In this document: positions 48,541 to 61,785 of the stretch, one piece after another | Layout of the letters: each line of letters opens with the position of its first letter | Numbering within the stretch: position 1 is the stretch's first letter | Notes under the pieces: model-generated | Told to the model about the DNA's origin: nothing | Seen by the model: the letters and a program-made list of their open reading frames with translations, nothing else | Databases searched by the model: none | Made by a program: the position numbers and the translations under genes | Assembly (NCBI GenBank): GCA_964016885.1 | Contig: OZ024741.1 | Span: 111,166,001 to 111,230,000 of the forward strand | Source of the DNA: Eledone cirrhosa | Taxonomy: Eukaryota | Direction: 5' to 3' | DNA: 64,000 nt

Positions 48541-48967
48541 GTTATGTTAGAATCTTTAAAAAGATCTTTAAAAAATACCCGTACGAATTAAATACAAAAA
48601 AAGTTTCAGTCCAAAATAAAAGCAAACTATTTCAAATTATATATTTTTGAAAAATAGATGTGAATGTTCTCAAAGCCTTGATTTCAGTCGAAAAAGCTTT
48701 TTTTAAAATTCTATATTTCACTGTTAGCTGTTGTAATATTTTGATTGGATAAACAATTCTACAATTCAAACTGTAAAGTCAAAATGCAAAAGATGTAAAA
48801 TATGAAGAATTTCTTACCTTTCTCTGAAATCAGAAACTCAGGGGAAAAATAGTACCTTGCAAAATAAAATACCTCGTAGAAAAATAAAATACTTAGCAAC
48901 GAATGAATTGAGAAGTTTGCTGACAGTGAGAAAGTAGTATTTGTATCCCTTATATATATATACACAG

Positions 48968-49053
<86 letters not shown>

Positions 49054-49296
49054 TGACGCGAACGCACACAAAGATACATACACACACACAAACTTGTGTG
49101 TGTGTCTTGGTTTGGGTACAGAAAGAATTTTGTCTACAGTTTTTTATTGCCAGGTCAAAGGCCACTGCTCTTTTCAACAATGCCAAATAACAACGCCCCC
49201 CCCCCCATATATATATAAATGAAGAGAGAAAAAGGGAGGGACAGAGAGAGTAATAAATGTGTGTGTGTTTGGTACACATCTATCTATCTACCTATC

Positions 49297-49764
49297 TTTC
49301 CTCTGTACGGTGGCTATGGTGAAAGAAGTTATATGGTGGACGAGGTTGAGAGGACTGAGAACAGATGCCTTTCTCTCCGGACAACAATTGATTCCCTTCT
49401 TTAAGTATCACTTTAGAAGGAGAATCAGGGTGGAGAGAGAGTCACTGCACCCCAGTAAATTTACTGAAAGGTGAGTGAATGAAGCAAAAATGGCCCGAGT
49501 GATTGGGCCTTCTCTGTTTATAAGCCTGTAGGTTGAGGAAGAGAGCAAAAGGAAGAAAGGAGCACTTGCACAACACGCTCCTGGAGTTGAGGGTTGTTCT
49601 ATCGACGGGGTATTAAACAACCCATTTGTGGCGCCTCCCCCTTATTGGAGATTTCGATTGTTGTAATTATTTGTTTTTATATTTTTTACACGACTGTATG
49701 TAAAATCCCCGGCATGTCTTTGTATTGTCCCCTTTTCTCGTGCGCCCTTGTAGCTAATAAAGAA

Positions 49765-49765
<1 letters not shown>
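49297..49765 (+). mobile_element. 3' end of a Tx1/L1-type LINE of the same family as 49850-55259
   Basis: 49297-49441 is homologous to 55109-55253; 3' UTR ends in AATAAA (49756) followed by (TCTA)n. Confidence 0.8.

Positions 49766-49846
<81 letters not shown>
49766..49846. repeat. (TCTA)n microsatellite
   Basis: Seen directly; a short ATCT run also lies at 49278-49297. Confidence 0.95.
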
Positions 49847-49849
49847 ATA

Positions 49850-52800
49850 TCTACCATACGTGTGTAACTTCGCGGAGAAGTTTCCGTTAATTTATGTAAG
49901 AAAAAAACGTGAGTTTTCAGTTAAATTTTATATTATTGTGTAACTTGACCCCCGCCTGGACTTTAGGTGGTGGGTCAACTCATTTTCGCCCCTACAGGGG
50001 CGAAATATTCGTTTGAAAAATTTTTTCTCCATCGAATTTTTGAAAAAATATCGTAAGAAGTTTGATTACGTTATGAACGCTGCGTTCGACGATAATGGTG
50101 GTGGAGAGTCGGTAAGACTACATAGCTCGCAGTCAACATCGTCTTCTTCCCTTTCCTTCTCAATAGATACTATGGAGATGGAAAGACGAAATGAAATTGT
50201 AAAAACAAATTCATATCCAAACAACACAAATGACACCAAACAGTACAATGACAACAAAAATAACAACAACAACACCAATAATGATGATAAAAACAACAAT
50301 GACAACAACAACAAAGAAAAAATAAAGACAACACCAATAATACCAGCATCAAAGACAACAACAACACCAACACCAACACCAAGGAAAATACGAACAATAT
50401 CAACATCAGTGACAACACGAATAACAACAACAATAACAACAATAATGACAACACCACCAACACGGATAATTTCACAAAGAAACCGAAAATCTCCTTTACA
50501 CAGACAGTTCAGAAAAAGGAGGAACTGACATATCTTGACATAACAAATGCCGAACAACTTTTAAAGGACGCTAGGAGATATGTCACTTTCGAAAAGCATC
50601 AATTCTCCGGTAGAAATTCGCAAGGAAACTGCTCTCAAAACGATAGTTTTTAGGACAGTTTCCAATTCTACCCGAAAACCAGTCCAATTGTCACAGAAAG
50701 AAATTGAACTGGTTTTCAAAAATTCAATGAATGATATTTCATTCATTTAAAGAAGCAAACTCTTTGGGAGTATTTCGGTACTCATGAAAGATCAATTGAC
50801 GGCCCAAAATTACTCTGTGTCGCCAATTGTATCCAACCTGTATACCTTTTTCCCTACATACATGGGAAAAAGGACACAAAAGATTAGAATCATGAGTGTC
50901 ACACCAAATGTAAACATATGGTGGATACTGTGCGGCTTCATCAATTTTGATGAAGACAGAATATTTTCTGTAGGAAAGTCCCCCAGAGATGTATTCAATG
51001 GGACTAGCGTTGAAGTTCTGGTGCAAATGAGCCCAGGGCGAATAGCTATGATCCCACAACGTGTACTCCTGGACGGACTCACCTACATAAACTTTTCGGT
51101 TGAGGGTAGGCGGCTTTCATGTTACCACTGCTTTAGCAGGGGTCACCTGGGGGCTTCCTGTCCTAAATTAATGAGTAAAAAAAAAAGACTCTTCTGCCGA
51201 CACCCATCAAAATAACACAACCACCAATACCACCACAACAACAACAACTCCAACACACAAAAATAACCACAACAAACACAGTCCCACCCAACCCCACTCC
51301 ACCTAAAACCACTGCAAAATCACATACAGACACAACAGCTCCCCAAGACATACCCCTCCCCAATCACACAGACGATACAACAGATGAGGCTATCTCGCCA
51401 TCACCCAGTGAAGACGAGGGAGAACCCCATCGCTCGAAAAGAAAGAAAAGACATCACAAAAGCAAAAAACCAGCAAACACTACCACAAACATACAACCAC
51501 CAACACAAACAACAAAAACATCACAAACAAAACCCCCACCTCCTGAAAACAAAATACCTACAACAAAACGAAAGCACACACAAGAACTACAGACAAAAAC
51601 AAACACAACACAAGAAAATTACACTTACACTTACATAAATAATGAAAACAAAACACTAATGGAGACCATCACGAACGACCCTTCGGTGAAAACCGAAGGG
51701 AAAACTTTCGCCCACTCTATTAAAAATAACAAAAAACTGAACCTAAAACTGATTAGGGTCCCTAAAAGAAACATTTAAAAAAGGATGTGGGGAATTCCTG
51801 CGTGAAACCACTTAACCGCGTCCTTCTCAAATGTCTCCCACCCCAGACACCCCCATCCCACCAAACATCTCCGTTCCCACCCCGCCGGAAACCACCACCC
51901 ACCCAGACAGCCCCTCCAACACCCCCATGGAAATCGTGCAGCCTGGTCCCCAAGAAACGATTTATTTTCCTCTTTTAACTTTTCAGCACCAACATGGTCA
52001 ATATAAGAGTTGGATGCGTGAATGTACGCGGCCTGGGGATGCCCTGGAAACAGGGCAAACTCTTAAACGACCTCAGGTCGCACAGTATGGATGTAGTAGC
52101 CATTTGCGAGTCCAGGATCCTCAGCGAGCGACAGCTAGCCTGATCTTCGATGACTTTGAGATCTACGCATCTCTCTGTCGGCCGGGGGGTGGGGACGGGG
52201 TTGCCGTTTTGCTGCGAAAACACCTGGGCCTCGTAACACAGACGGTACATCTGGACCCGGAGGGTCGACTGGTGGTCCTAGACGTTGACGGTAGTGAAGG
52301 TGGAGCCTTCAGGCTGGTGGCTGCATATGCCCCATCCGGGGCACCGCGGCCAGACTTCTTCAAACGTCTAGAGACTTTTAGTGGGGGACTGGAATGGAAT
52401 CCTAGATGCACGTTGTGACTATGTGGGGGCATGTCCCGATAAAGGGAGGTGTAACAGCCTCAAACAGTTAATCGACCGATTTGACCTGGTCGATAGATAT
52501 CGACTAGATTTTCCGACTGTGCCACTGTGGACGTGGACTAATCGCAGCGGAACATCTAGATCGTACCTAGATAGGGTTCTAGTTAGAAATAAGGATAGGG
52601 ACATGTTAAGCTGTCCACAAATGTTCATGGTTGCCTATTCAGATCACAAACTAGTGACCTGCATGACCAACCTTGATAGAACCCATAGACAAGGACCCGG
52701 CTACTGGAAGCTGAACTTGTCGTTACCGACGGATTAGCACTTTAGTTAAACAGCACTTGACAGGGGCCATTGTCAACAACAGATTGTGGTACACTCTCAA

Positions 52801-55259
52801 GAGGGCAGTTAGATTAGACTCGTTAGTTTTTAGTAAAGAATTAGCGTTAGATAGAAATAGAACCGAGAAGGAACTGCTAGATAAAGTAGAAGAGGCAATT
52901 AGAAGTGGAAACGTAGCCAGCGTGCTAGCAACGAGAACGGCATTGGACCAGTTCTTCGACGCAAAGCACGAGGGCTGCGTTGTCAGAAGCAAAATACATG
53001 CTCTCGGAAACGAGGGAGCCAAAGCTATTAGCTGGGCCCGAGTGACGGAGGCAAAAAGTGGCAACAAGTCTACGATTCGGTCTTTGAAGGACCAAAACGG
53101 ACGCGTGATACGTGAGCCAAAGCAGATGCGTGCGGCCTTTCAGCGGCACTTTGCTCAACTGTTCGGGCAGGGCGGAGCGCCGGGAGGGGCTATGGATTTT
53201 GGTCCATACCTTGACGGCCTACCGCGACTCTCGGACAGTGAGACAAAGTTGTGCGAAAAGCCGATTTCAGCCGCTGAGATAGGGGACGCGCTGAGCCAAT
53301 GCGACAAACGTAAATCTCCAGGTCTCAACGGTCTACCCTACGAATTTTACGTAGCAATGCCGGACTTATTCTCCGGTCTCCTGGAAGCGGTCTACTGCAA
53401 CTGGCAACAGAACGGGAGAATTCCCAGTTCTGTGACCGCGGCGTAGTCACACTAGTCAAGAAGGACGAGAATAAGGGGGATGACATAGGCAACTTCCGGC
53501 CCATAACTATGCTAAACAAAGAGTTACAGATTTTGGCCAAGGTGTTGGCAAAGAGGTGCGCAATCCAGACCAGGTTCATACACGACAACCTCCACCTCAT
53601 GCTATACGTCATAGAGAGGGTAGGGTGTAAACCCGGCTTCGGTGGGGCCCTGATCAACTTGGATCAGTCTAAGGCTTTCGATAGGGTTGACCATCGTTAC
53701 CTGGATGCGGTGCTCGAGGCGGCAGGCTTCGGACCCGTGTTCAGGGGCTGGATTGCTGCAATGCACAACAGCAACATCTGCTCAAGGGTCAAGGTGAACG
53801 GCTACCTTTCGGAGCCGTTCCATATCACGCGATCCATTCTACAGGGATGCCCTCTCTCCTCCCGTCTGTACGTACTGACTCACGAGCCACTACTGCGGAA
53901 GTTGGAGCTATTGCAGGGCATCCCTTTGGAACCGGGACTGAGGAAAACGGCGCCAGCCTACGCCGACGACGTGACAGTAATGGTGTCGAGCGCCTCGCAA
54001 ATCAAGGAAGTCGGCACCTTACTGAAGGAATACGAAAGTTTCACAGGAGCGAAGCTGAACCGGGACAAGTCCATCGATTTGCAACTCGGATCGTGGAGAG
54101 GCAAACTGATGCCCTCCGATGGCGTCGTCGGACGCTGGACGGAAGGACCGGTAAAGCTGCTCGGGGTCTGGTTTGGTCTGGACCTCCAAGTGGAGAAGAA
54201 CTGGAACGAGGTGACGGCCAAGGTGTTTGCACTCACCCAGAAGTGGGCCGAGTGCAAACTATCCTTGAAAGGTCGAGCAGAGGAGGGGGGGGACATTTTA
54301 TAGCGTCCGCCATCTACTACCGCTTGACCGTCGTGCCTTGTCCAGCCAAAACGCTCACCAAAATGGAGCGCGCGCTCTTCCAATTCCTTTGGAAGAGGCG
54401 GGCTCCTTTGGTGAGAAGATCCATCTGCTGCCAACACCCTTCCAATGGAGAGCTGGGGATGCCGTGGCTGACGATGCGCAAACACGCGCTCAGGCTGCGG
54501 CATCTCTACGTATTCCTCACCGGACAACCGGTGTGGGGCCCCGTTCGTGAGGCGAGCCTTCCCACGACTCGTCTCGCTGACCGAGCTGCAGTCTTGGGTC
54601 AAGTAAAGACCGAGGAAAATGGGCGACTGGCATATCGAATGTGCTCAGGCGCTCACAGCCCTCTGGCAGGCGGACCCGGCGATCAGTGGAGACTCCACTT
54701 CGTCATTCTATAGAGGGTTGATCCGCAGCAAGTGCGACGACGCGCTCGGTGAAACTCTGGGCGTAGAGGAAGACGAACTGGCCAATCTGTTCGGTAGGAC
54801 CTTCCGCCCGGGACCGATGGACAACTTCCAAAAGTCCCTGGCCTGGCAGTACTACCGAGGAGCTCTACCAGTTCGAGACAAGCTCTACAGACATGGGCGC
54901 CTGGGCAGAGACCATTCGTAAAAGATCTGTTCTAGGTGCGTGCGAGACGAAGAAACCGTCGCGCACGCATTCATACACTTCCCGGGCGTTACTGACCTGT
55001 GGGTTATGTAGAACGATTATTGTCGCGGGTGGGACCAATCCGGTTGACCACCGAGTCCATTGTCGTGATCAAACCGCCACCCTCCTTCAAAAACGAAGGA
55101 GAGGCGGTTTTCCTTTGTGTGATAGCTATGGCGAAAGAGGTTGTATTGTGGACAAAGTTAAAAAGGCTGAGGTCAGACACCTTTCTCTCCGGCCAACAAC
55201 TGATTCTTTTTTTCAAATACCACTTTGCAAGAAGAATCAGGATGGAGAGAGAGGTGCCT
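49850..55259 (+). mobile_element. near full-length Tx1/L1-type LINE (ORF1 with CCHC knuckle; ORF2 APE + RT), frameshifted, 3' end lost
   Basis: CYHCFSRGHLGASC at 51120-51161; ORF2 from ATG 51994: NVRGL, GDWN, YLDRV, SDH, WKLN, KSPGLNG, NFRPITMLN, LDQSKAFDRV, QGCPLS, YADD. Confidence 0.9.
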
Positions 55260-55260
55260 T

Positions 55261-58000
55261 ATCTATATTACTCTCACTCTGGAGCTTCCTGGCAACATAT
55301 CCATGCATGATTTTTTGCTGATAAGCATGCAGTTTTTCATCCATGGATTCACTGCGATACTGCTGAGCGACTTCCCTAGGTGTGATTATCACACAGGGAA
55401 TATCTCTCGAGGAGTTCCTTCCCAACTCTCGTGATCTTATCTCTTTCATACAGATAGACTTGCTCTAGAAACGGGCTCTACGCTTCGAAGTTCGTAGATG
55501 TTGTCGGAGAGATATGATGCGACATTCAAATGTTGTCTGGACTGATGTTAGGCCTCTGCCTCCCTGCTTACGTTTCAAGTAAAGGCGGTCTATGTCACTG
55601 TTGATGTGGAAGTTTCCGGTGTTGTTCAGTATTTTTCGAGTTCCAACATCAACTGCTCGGATTTCGTCTATCGTCCAATTGAGTATTCCAAACGTTGGTG
55701 TTAGGACAGGCACAACAAACACATTGTGAGCCACTGTTTTGTTTTGTGCAGAGAGTTCCGATGACTAGATATTTCTTAATCGGGTGTAGTATTTCTTGGT
55801 TACGCGTTCTTTATTACAGATACGATTATAGGAGATGTTCTCACCTATCCCCAGGTATCTGTAGCAGTCCTCATCAGATATCGGTGAAACAGTTAGGCCA
55901 TTGATGACAATGTTGCTAGATTGGGTTGTTGTTTTTTCCCGCTTTACAGTCATGTAGGAGCATTTATCTTGGCCAAACTCCATTCTTATATCCTTTGAGA
56001 ACGTTGTAACCAGGTCAAGAATTTTCTTCATCCCATCCATGTTCTTGGCATAGAGTTTCAGATCGTCCACAATGAAATGATGGGTTAGGTTCGTATTTCT
56101 GTCCTCCTGTGAGCCAATGATGTATCCCTCACATTTCTTGAGCAGAAAGGACAAGGGGTTTAATGACAAGATGAATAATATCACAGAGAGACTGTCCCCC
56201 TGAAATACTTTATTTTATCAATGAAAATAGAGTCCTCCCTCTCTGTCTTTAACCTTAGGATAGTAGCCCAAGAAGAATACAGCCTCTCTATGGCTCTGAC
56301 AATAATGTCTGAGACTTTAGCAAGTTGGAGGGCCTCTATCATCCAAGAGTGGGGAACATAATCGAAAGCTTTCCTGTAGTCCAGCCAGACTGTAGCCATA
56401 TTCCTCCTAAGTTGTCGCACCTCCGACATCGCAGTTTTGATGATTAGGAGTTGTTCAGCACATCCCCAAACCCCTTTCTTTCCAGCTGCTTGTTCTTCTG
56501 TGATGATGTTATTATTTTCACAGTGATCTTGGAGAAATAGGTTCAGGCAGGCTGTATACATCTTATACATCAGGTTCTGGCATGCAATGGGTCGTTAGTT
56601 TTTTGCCAAGTGGATGTCTTTGTCCTTGGGGACCAGTAATGTTTGTGCTAATGTCAACCATTCTGGTGTAAGTGTATCTCCCTTAAGAACTTGTTGGTAG
56701 AGGTCAGTAAGATACCTCCGATAGAATATCAGTTTTTTGTACCAGTAGCCGACAATTATGTTTCTTCCTGGTGTTTTCTTATCTTGGAGTTTTCCTATCA
56801 CAGTCTCAAGGGTACTCTCACTTATTTCGTATGTTTTTGTTGTAGTGTAGGAGCAATAGTTCTTTCGGATTTCTCTTAGCCACATTGCATCTTGGTTGAA
56901 ATTTTTCTTTTCACCCCATATTTTGTTCCAAAAGGAATCTATGTCTTTCTGGGATGGCGCCTCAGTGACACTTATTATTTTGCCCTTCATATCTCTATAG
57001 ACTGATGTTTGGTTTCGTCTGAATCTTTTATTAAGCACTTTTCTCTCATCTACCTTCTTCAGATAGCGGCGTTTTTCGCTAACAGCTCTCAATTCTCGTT
57101 TGAGGGCGATCAGCTTATATTGCAGAGTTCTGATTCTACTGTTACCAAACATAGTCTCTATTTTATTTTTCACTCTTTGTTGGTGAGGAGTGAGGTTTTT
57201 TTGTGTTTGTTTGCATGTAAGGAGCATTGTCACATATCCTATGTTTTTTCGTAGGTCAGCAATCTTTTTTTTTCTATTTTAGTTATATATGATGGTATTT
57301 TTGGTGGTGTTCTATTCTTGTTAATATCTCTGCTATCACCAAGATAATGCTTCACTGTCGTTGCTAAGGCATATTAACAGGCGTTGATTTGCCAAAATGT
57401 TGGGGGGTTTATCCGTCGTAAATATTCATCCCCTATTTCGTCAATAACACGTAATATTTCATTATTTGGTTTTTTATTAAACATTGTCGTTTTAACACGG
57501 TCAGCAAGAGAGATATTTATACATTAATTAATTTCTCTCTGGAACATTTCGTTGAGGGAAAATTTCAATTGTTTATACTTTTGATTATTATCATTATCGA
57601 TAGTATTTTCCCCAACAGTCGGGGTAGACTCGGGTGGTACACGTGGTGTCAAATTTCTTCGATTATTATTATTATTTCTTCGATTATTATTATTATCGAT
57701 AGTGTTTTCCCCAGCATTCGAGGTAGACTTAGATAGTACAGGTGGTGTCAAATTTCTTACAGGCATAGTTGTTTCAAGGCACTGTTCGATCTGGCTGCTA
57801 AGAAGTCTAGTAGCATGGCGACCTGTAGCACGTGTTGTTGATAACATGTTTGTTGTGGGGGACTTACAATTAATAATATTTATCTTATTTTTACAAACGT
57901 CGCTTGTTGGCGTAATTATTTCGCTGTGAAATGATTTAGCTCTGGGTGTATTTCGTCCCAGTGTAGCTTCATTCTGTTCATATAGCCAATAGAGGGATTG
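55261..58000 (-). mobile_element. R4/Dong-type LINE, degenerate RT, C-terminal endonuclease missing
   Basis: N*RPIACQNLMYK, EQAAGKKGVWGC, WLDYRKAFDYVPH, VDDLKLY, YRYLG, DRLYLKRKQGGRGL, KIMHG; the 5' boundary is approximate. Confidence 0.82.
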
Positions 58001-58181
58001 TTTTTTGCCATTTTATAACAATTAAATAAATCATTATTAAGTTCGCAACTCCAAGAGAAATACGATTTATAATTTCGGTTTCTTCTGTAGCTACAACTGA
58101 ATAAAGTTTGTTTACCTTTTTTGTTGGTTCTCTTTGGTACTTCCTTAATTTTGTTGTTGATGTATGTATGTATGTATGTAG

Positions 58182-58252
<71 letters not shown>

Positions 58253-58362
58253 TAAAAGGAAAAGAAAATGCTGACAAATTGTTCCCAGTGAAAAATAGTT
58301 TAATTAGGAATAAGTAAAAATTAGTAATAAGTATTGGTTAGTATTCAGTTTTAGTTTTAAGT

Positions 58363-58398
58363 TTTTACCGGTTGCGCATTTCTAATGCTTTTCAAAAA
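58363..58398 (-). ncRNA. variant hammerhead-like motif, left arm of PLE2
   Basis: Identical reverse complement of 61533-61568. Confidence 0.45.
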
Positions 58399-59148
58399 TA
58401 ATTTTGAGATAGAGCGCCCGTGATGTTTGCTCTAATATGATCAGTTTTGGAAATTCTACCTGTTTTATGTGAAAAAAGTGGCTCCAGAGGTATTAAAATA
58501 AGTTTCGCGCCAATTCGTGTTGCAAAAATTCTTGTGGTCAAAACAATTCTGATTGGTCGGTAGAGGTCACGTGAATGTTAAAAATTGATTTTGCGCCAAA
58601 TGTAGGTTTATCGAAGAGTGTCCTTTTTCGCCTGATTGAGAAGTCACTGAAAAATAAGTCTTTTAAGACAAATATGTGTGTGTGTGTAGTAAAGAGGTTC
58701 ATTGTTGTGATAATGGTCAATAGGGATGTGTGTGTGAATTGCAGTCATGTTGAAAAGTCAACAGTTCAGGTGCCTATTAAGACAAATATGTGTGTGTGTA
58801 GCAGAGTAATTCGTGGTAGAGGGATCGGTCAGTAGGAATGTGTCTGTATGTGTGTGGGGGATATTTTAACATGTTGAAAGATATTTTTCAGCTCTTGTCT
58901 TATACGGAGAAGTGTGTGTGTGTGTGTGTATGTCTCTTTGTATGTTAGTGTATGTGTGTGTGTATATATATATGTGTGTGTATGTGTGTGTGTGTGTGTG
59001 GACCAGTATTTTTGTGATACTGGTAAAAATGGTGTACATTATTCGATATTTTCACCAAAAACGATTCTCTCAAGAGAACATCAAAAACATTAATAATAAA
59101 AGGGGGGAAATGATATATAGTATTGTCATAATACCAAGGTGTGTGTGA

Positions 59149-60711
59149 GTGTCCAAATTAAGACCTATAATAGCAGGCCCCGCTTGCGAAACCCACCGCC
59201 TTAGCAACTTCATAGATACCCTTCTCAAGCCTTTTCTCAAACACATCAAAAGCTATATAAGGGACGACCTAGATATGCTCAATCACCTTCCTAATATGCC
59301 CCTTTCTGAACAAACCCTACTAGTGACGTTCGATGTAGTCAACCTATACTCCAACATCCCCCACAACCTAGGAATAGAAGCTATCCAATTCTGGCTGGAT
59401 AATTACCACAATGAACTCCCACAACGCATCAAAAAAGAATTCGTGATAGAGGGACTCAAATTTATCTTGGAGAACAATTACTTCGTTTTCAATATCAAAT
59501 CCTACAGGCAGAAATCTGGGACCGCTATGGGAACGAAAACAGCCCCTTATGCCAACCTAGTCATGGGATACCTGGAAACCACCCTCTACACTAAAGTACT
59601 AAACAAATTTGGAAACACTCTCCACTTACACATAGAAAAGAACTGCAAGCGATATCTAGATGACTCCTTCATCCTTTGGCACGAAAACATCGAGAAACTT
59701 AAAGAATTTCACACCCTCATAAATGGGCTCAACACGAATATTAACTTTACGATGGAATACAGCCATCAACAACTCCCCTTCCTCGACATCCTCATTAAGA
59801 TTCATAACAAAAAAATAGAAACAGACAGATACTACAAGCCCACAGACTCCAAGCAATATCTTCCTTTCAACTCTTGCCACCCTAGACACGTTAAAATTAA
59901 TATTCCCTACAACTTAGCCAAGAGAATCTGTACTATAGTCTCCAATAAAAACACCTGTTACTTACGGCTACAAGAACTAAAGGACACACTCATAGGCAGG
60001 GACTACCCTGCATCACTAATTGATAATGGAATTCAACGTGCCCTAAAACTCAGTACCCAGGACCTTAGACACCCTAAAGTAAATCAACCAAAACTAAAAG
60101 CTCTTCCATACATCTCCACACACAACCTCCTTAACAATGAGGCCTTTCACACCATCCTCCAGAACATCCCTGTGTTAAAAAAGGACCATAGAATGAACCA
60201 AATCTTTCGAACACACGATATCATAAAGAGCAAAAGACAATCTAAGTCAATGAAAAACATCCTAACACATGCCAAAGTACTGCCAACCACAACAACGAAA
60301 CCCACAGTAAAAACATGCGATAGACCCAACTGTGGCATATGCATCAACCTAATAGAGGGTTCGGAATTCTATTTCAAAGAAGGACAACGTTTTATAGTAA
60401 AACACAATTTCACATGCGCATCAGAAAATCTAATATATGTATTAACTTGCTCAGGTTGTCGAGAATACATAGGCCAGACCAAAAACAGCCTCCGCCAACG
60501 CATGACTGTCCATAGATCCCAAATTAAAATACGGGAATACAGGAAAATACCACTGAGTGAACACATTGATACTTGTGCCGCCCAAAATCACCCCAACTTT
60601 AGAATCTTTCTCCTCTACAAATTTAAAGATAATGCCACCCACACCCAGCGCATCAGCAAGGAATCTCACTTTATTAACAAATACGGACCCCGTCTAAACA
60701 CTTCTCCCTAA
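59149..60711 (+). CDS. PLE reverse transcriptase + GIY-YIG endonuclease, 520 aa open but N-terminally truncated
   Basis: LRPIIAGP, TFDVVNLY, GTAMGT, RYLDD, LPFLD, CDRPNCGIC, NLIYVLTCSGCREYIGQT. RT motif 1 is absent and the start codon comes from the inverted arm. Confidence 0.88.
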   Translation: MSKLRPIIAGPACETHRLSNFIDTLLKPFLKHIKSYIRDDLDMLNHLPNMPLSEQTLLVTFDVVNLYSNIPHNLGIEAIQFWLDNYHNELPQRIKKEFVIEGLKFILENNYFVFNIKSYRQKSGTAMGTKTAPYANLVMGYLETTLYTKVLNKFGNTLHLHIEKNCKRYLDDSFILWHENIEKLKEFHTLINGLNTNINFTMEYSHQQLPFLDILIKIHNKKIETDRYYKPTDSKQYLPFNSCHPRHVKINIPYNLAKRICTIVSNKNTCYLRLQELKDTLIGRDYPASLIDNGIQRALKLSTQDLRHPKVNQPKLKALPYISTHNLLNNEAFHTILQNIPVLKKDHRMNQIFRTHDIIKSKRQSKSMKNILTHAKVLPTTTTKPTVKTCDRPNCGICINLIEGSEFYFKEGQRFIVKHNFTCASENLIYVLTCSGCREYIGQTKNSLRQRMTVHRSQIKIREYRKIPLSEHIDTCAAQNHPNFRIFLLYKFKDNATHTQRISKESHFINKYGPRLNTSP

Positions 60712-61259
60712 GACGAACCCACAACATACACACGTCAACATACATACCTACATAAGCATACATCTTACATACATCTCTATCCACATATAAACACAATGAC
60801 ATACGTAAACACATGTTCTATGGTGCAACACAAATATACACAAATTTGCATACCTTTTGATATCTATAGATATAAACGTGCCGACACACACATACATATA
60901 CGCACACATGCATTGCACACTGATGGGCACATACATATTTGTACACAAGTATTCCAATACGGCAGGGCCTAATGGATTCCTCTTGCAGTACGTAAAATCT
61001 GGACACTCACACACTCACACACACCTTAGTCTTATGACAATACTATATATCATTTCACACCTTTTATTATTAAGGTTTTTGATGTTCTATTGAGAGAATC
61101 GTTTTTACTGAAAATATCGAATAATGTACACCATATTTACCTACACACACACACTTGTCTTAATAGGCACCTGAACTGTTGACCTGTCAACATGACTGCA
61201 ATTCACATGCACATCCCTACTGACCATTATCACAACAATGAACCTCTTTACTACTACTA

Positions 61260-61296
<37 letters not shown>

Positions 61297-61532
61297 TTGT
61301 CTTAAAAGACTTATTTTTCAGTGACTTCTCAATCAGCCGAGACAAACCTACATTTGGCGCAAAATCAATTTTTAACATTCACATGACCTCTACCGACCAA
61401 TCAAAATTGTTTTGACCACAAGAATTTTTGCAACACGAATTGGCGCGAAACTTATTTTAATACATCTGGAGTCACTTTTTCCAAAACTAATCAGATTAGA
61501 GCAAACATCACGGGCGCTCTATCTCAAAATTA

Positions 61533-61568
61533 TTTTTGAAAAGCATTAGAAATGCGCAACCGGTAAAA
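61533..61568 (+). ncRNA. variant (U3-A8) hammerhead-like motif at the PLE2 3' end
   Basis: TTT-TTGAAAA-GCATT aga AATGC-GCAA-CCGG-TA-AAA: perfect stem II and palindromic ACCGGT stem III, but GCAA replaces GAAA. Confidence 0.45.
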
Positions 61569-61681
61569 ACTTAAAACCAAAACTGAATACTAACCAATAC
61601 TTATTACTAATTTTTATTTATTCCTAATTAAACTATTTTTCACTGGGAACAATTTGTCAGCATTTTCTTTTCCTTTTACCA

Positions 61682-61785
<104 letters not shown>

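Larger units (their letters stand above)
58250..61681 (+). mobile_element. Penelope-like retroelement 2 with an inverted copy of its 3' UTR at the 5' end, between (TA)n tracts
   Basis: Arms 58250-59155 and 61000-61681 are reverse complements (left arm has extra internal sequence); (TA)n at 58186-58248 and 61682-61707. Confidence 0.92.

Noticed and set aside
58250-61681. PLE2 as a TIR DNA transposon
   Set aside because: The enclosed ORF is RT plus GIY-YIG, not a DDE transposase, and the arms are its own 3' UTR.
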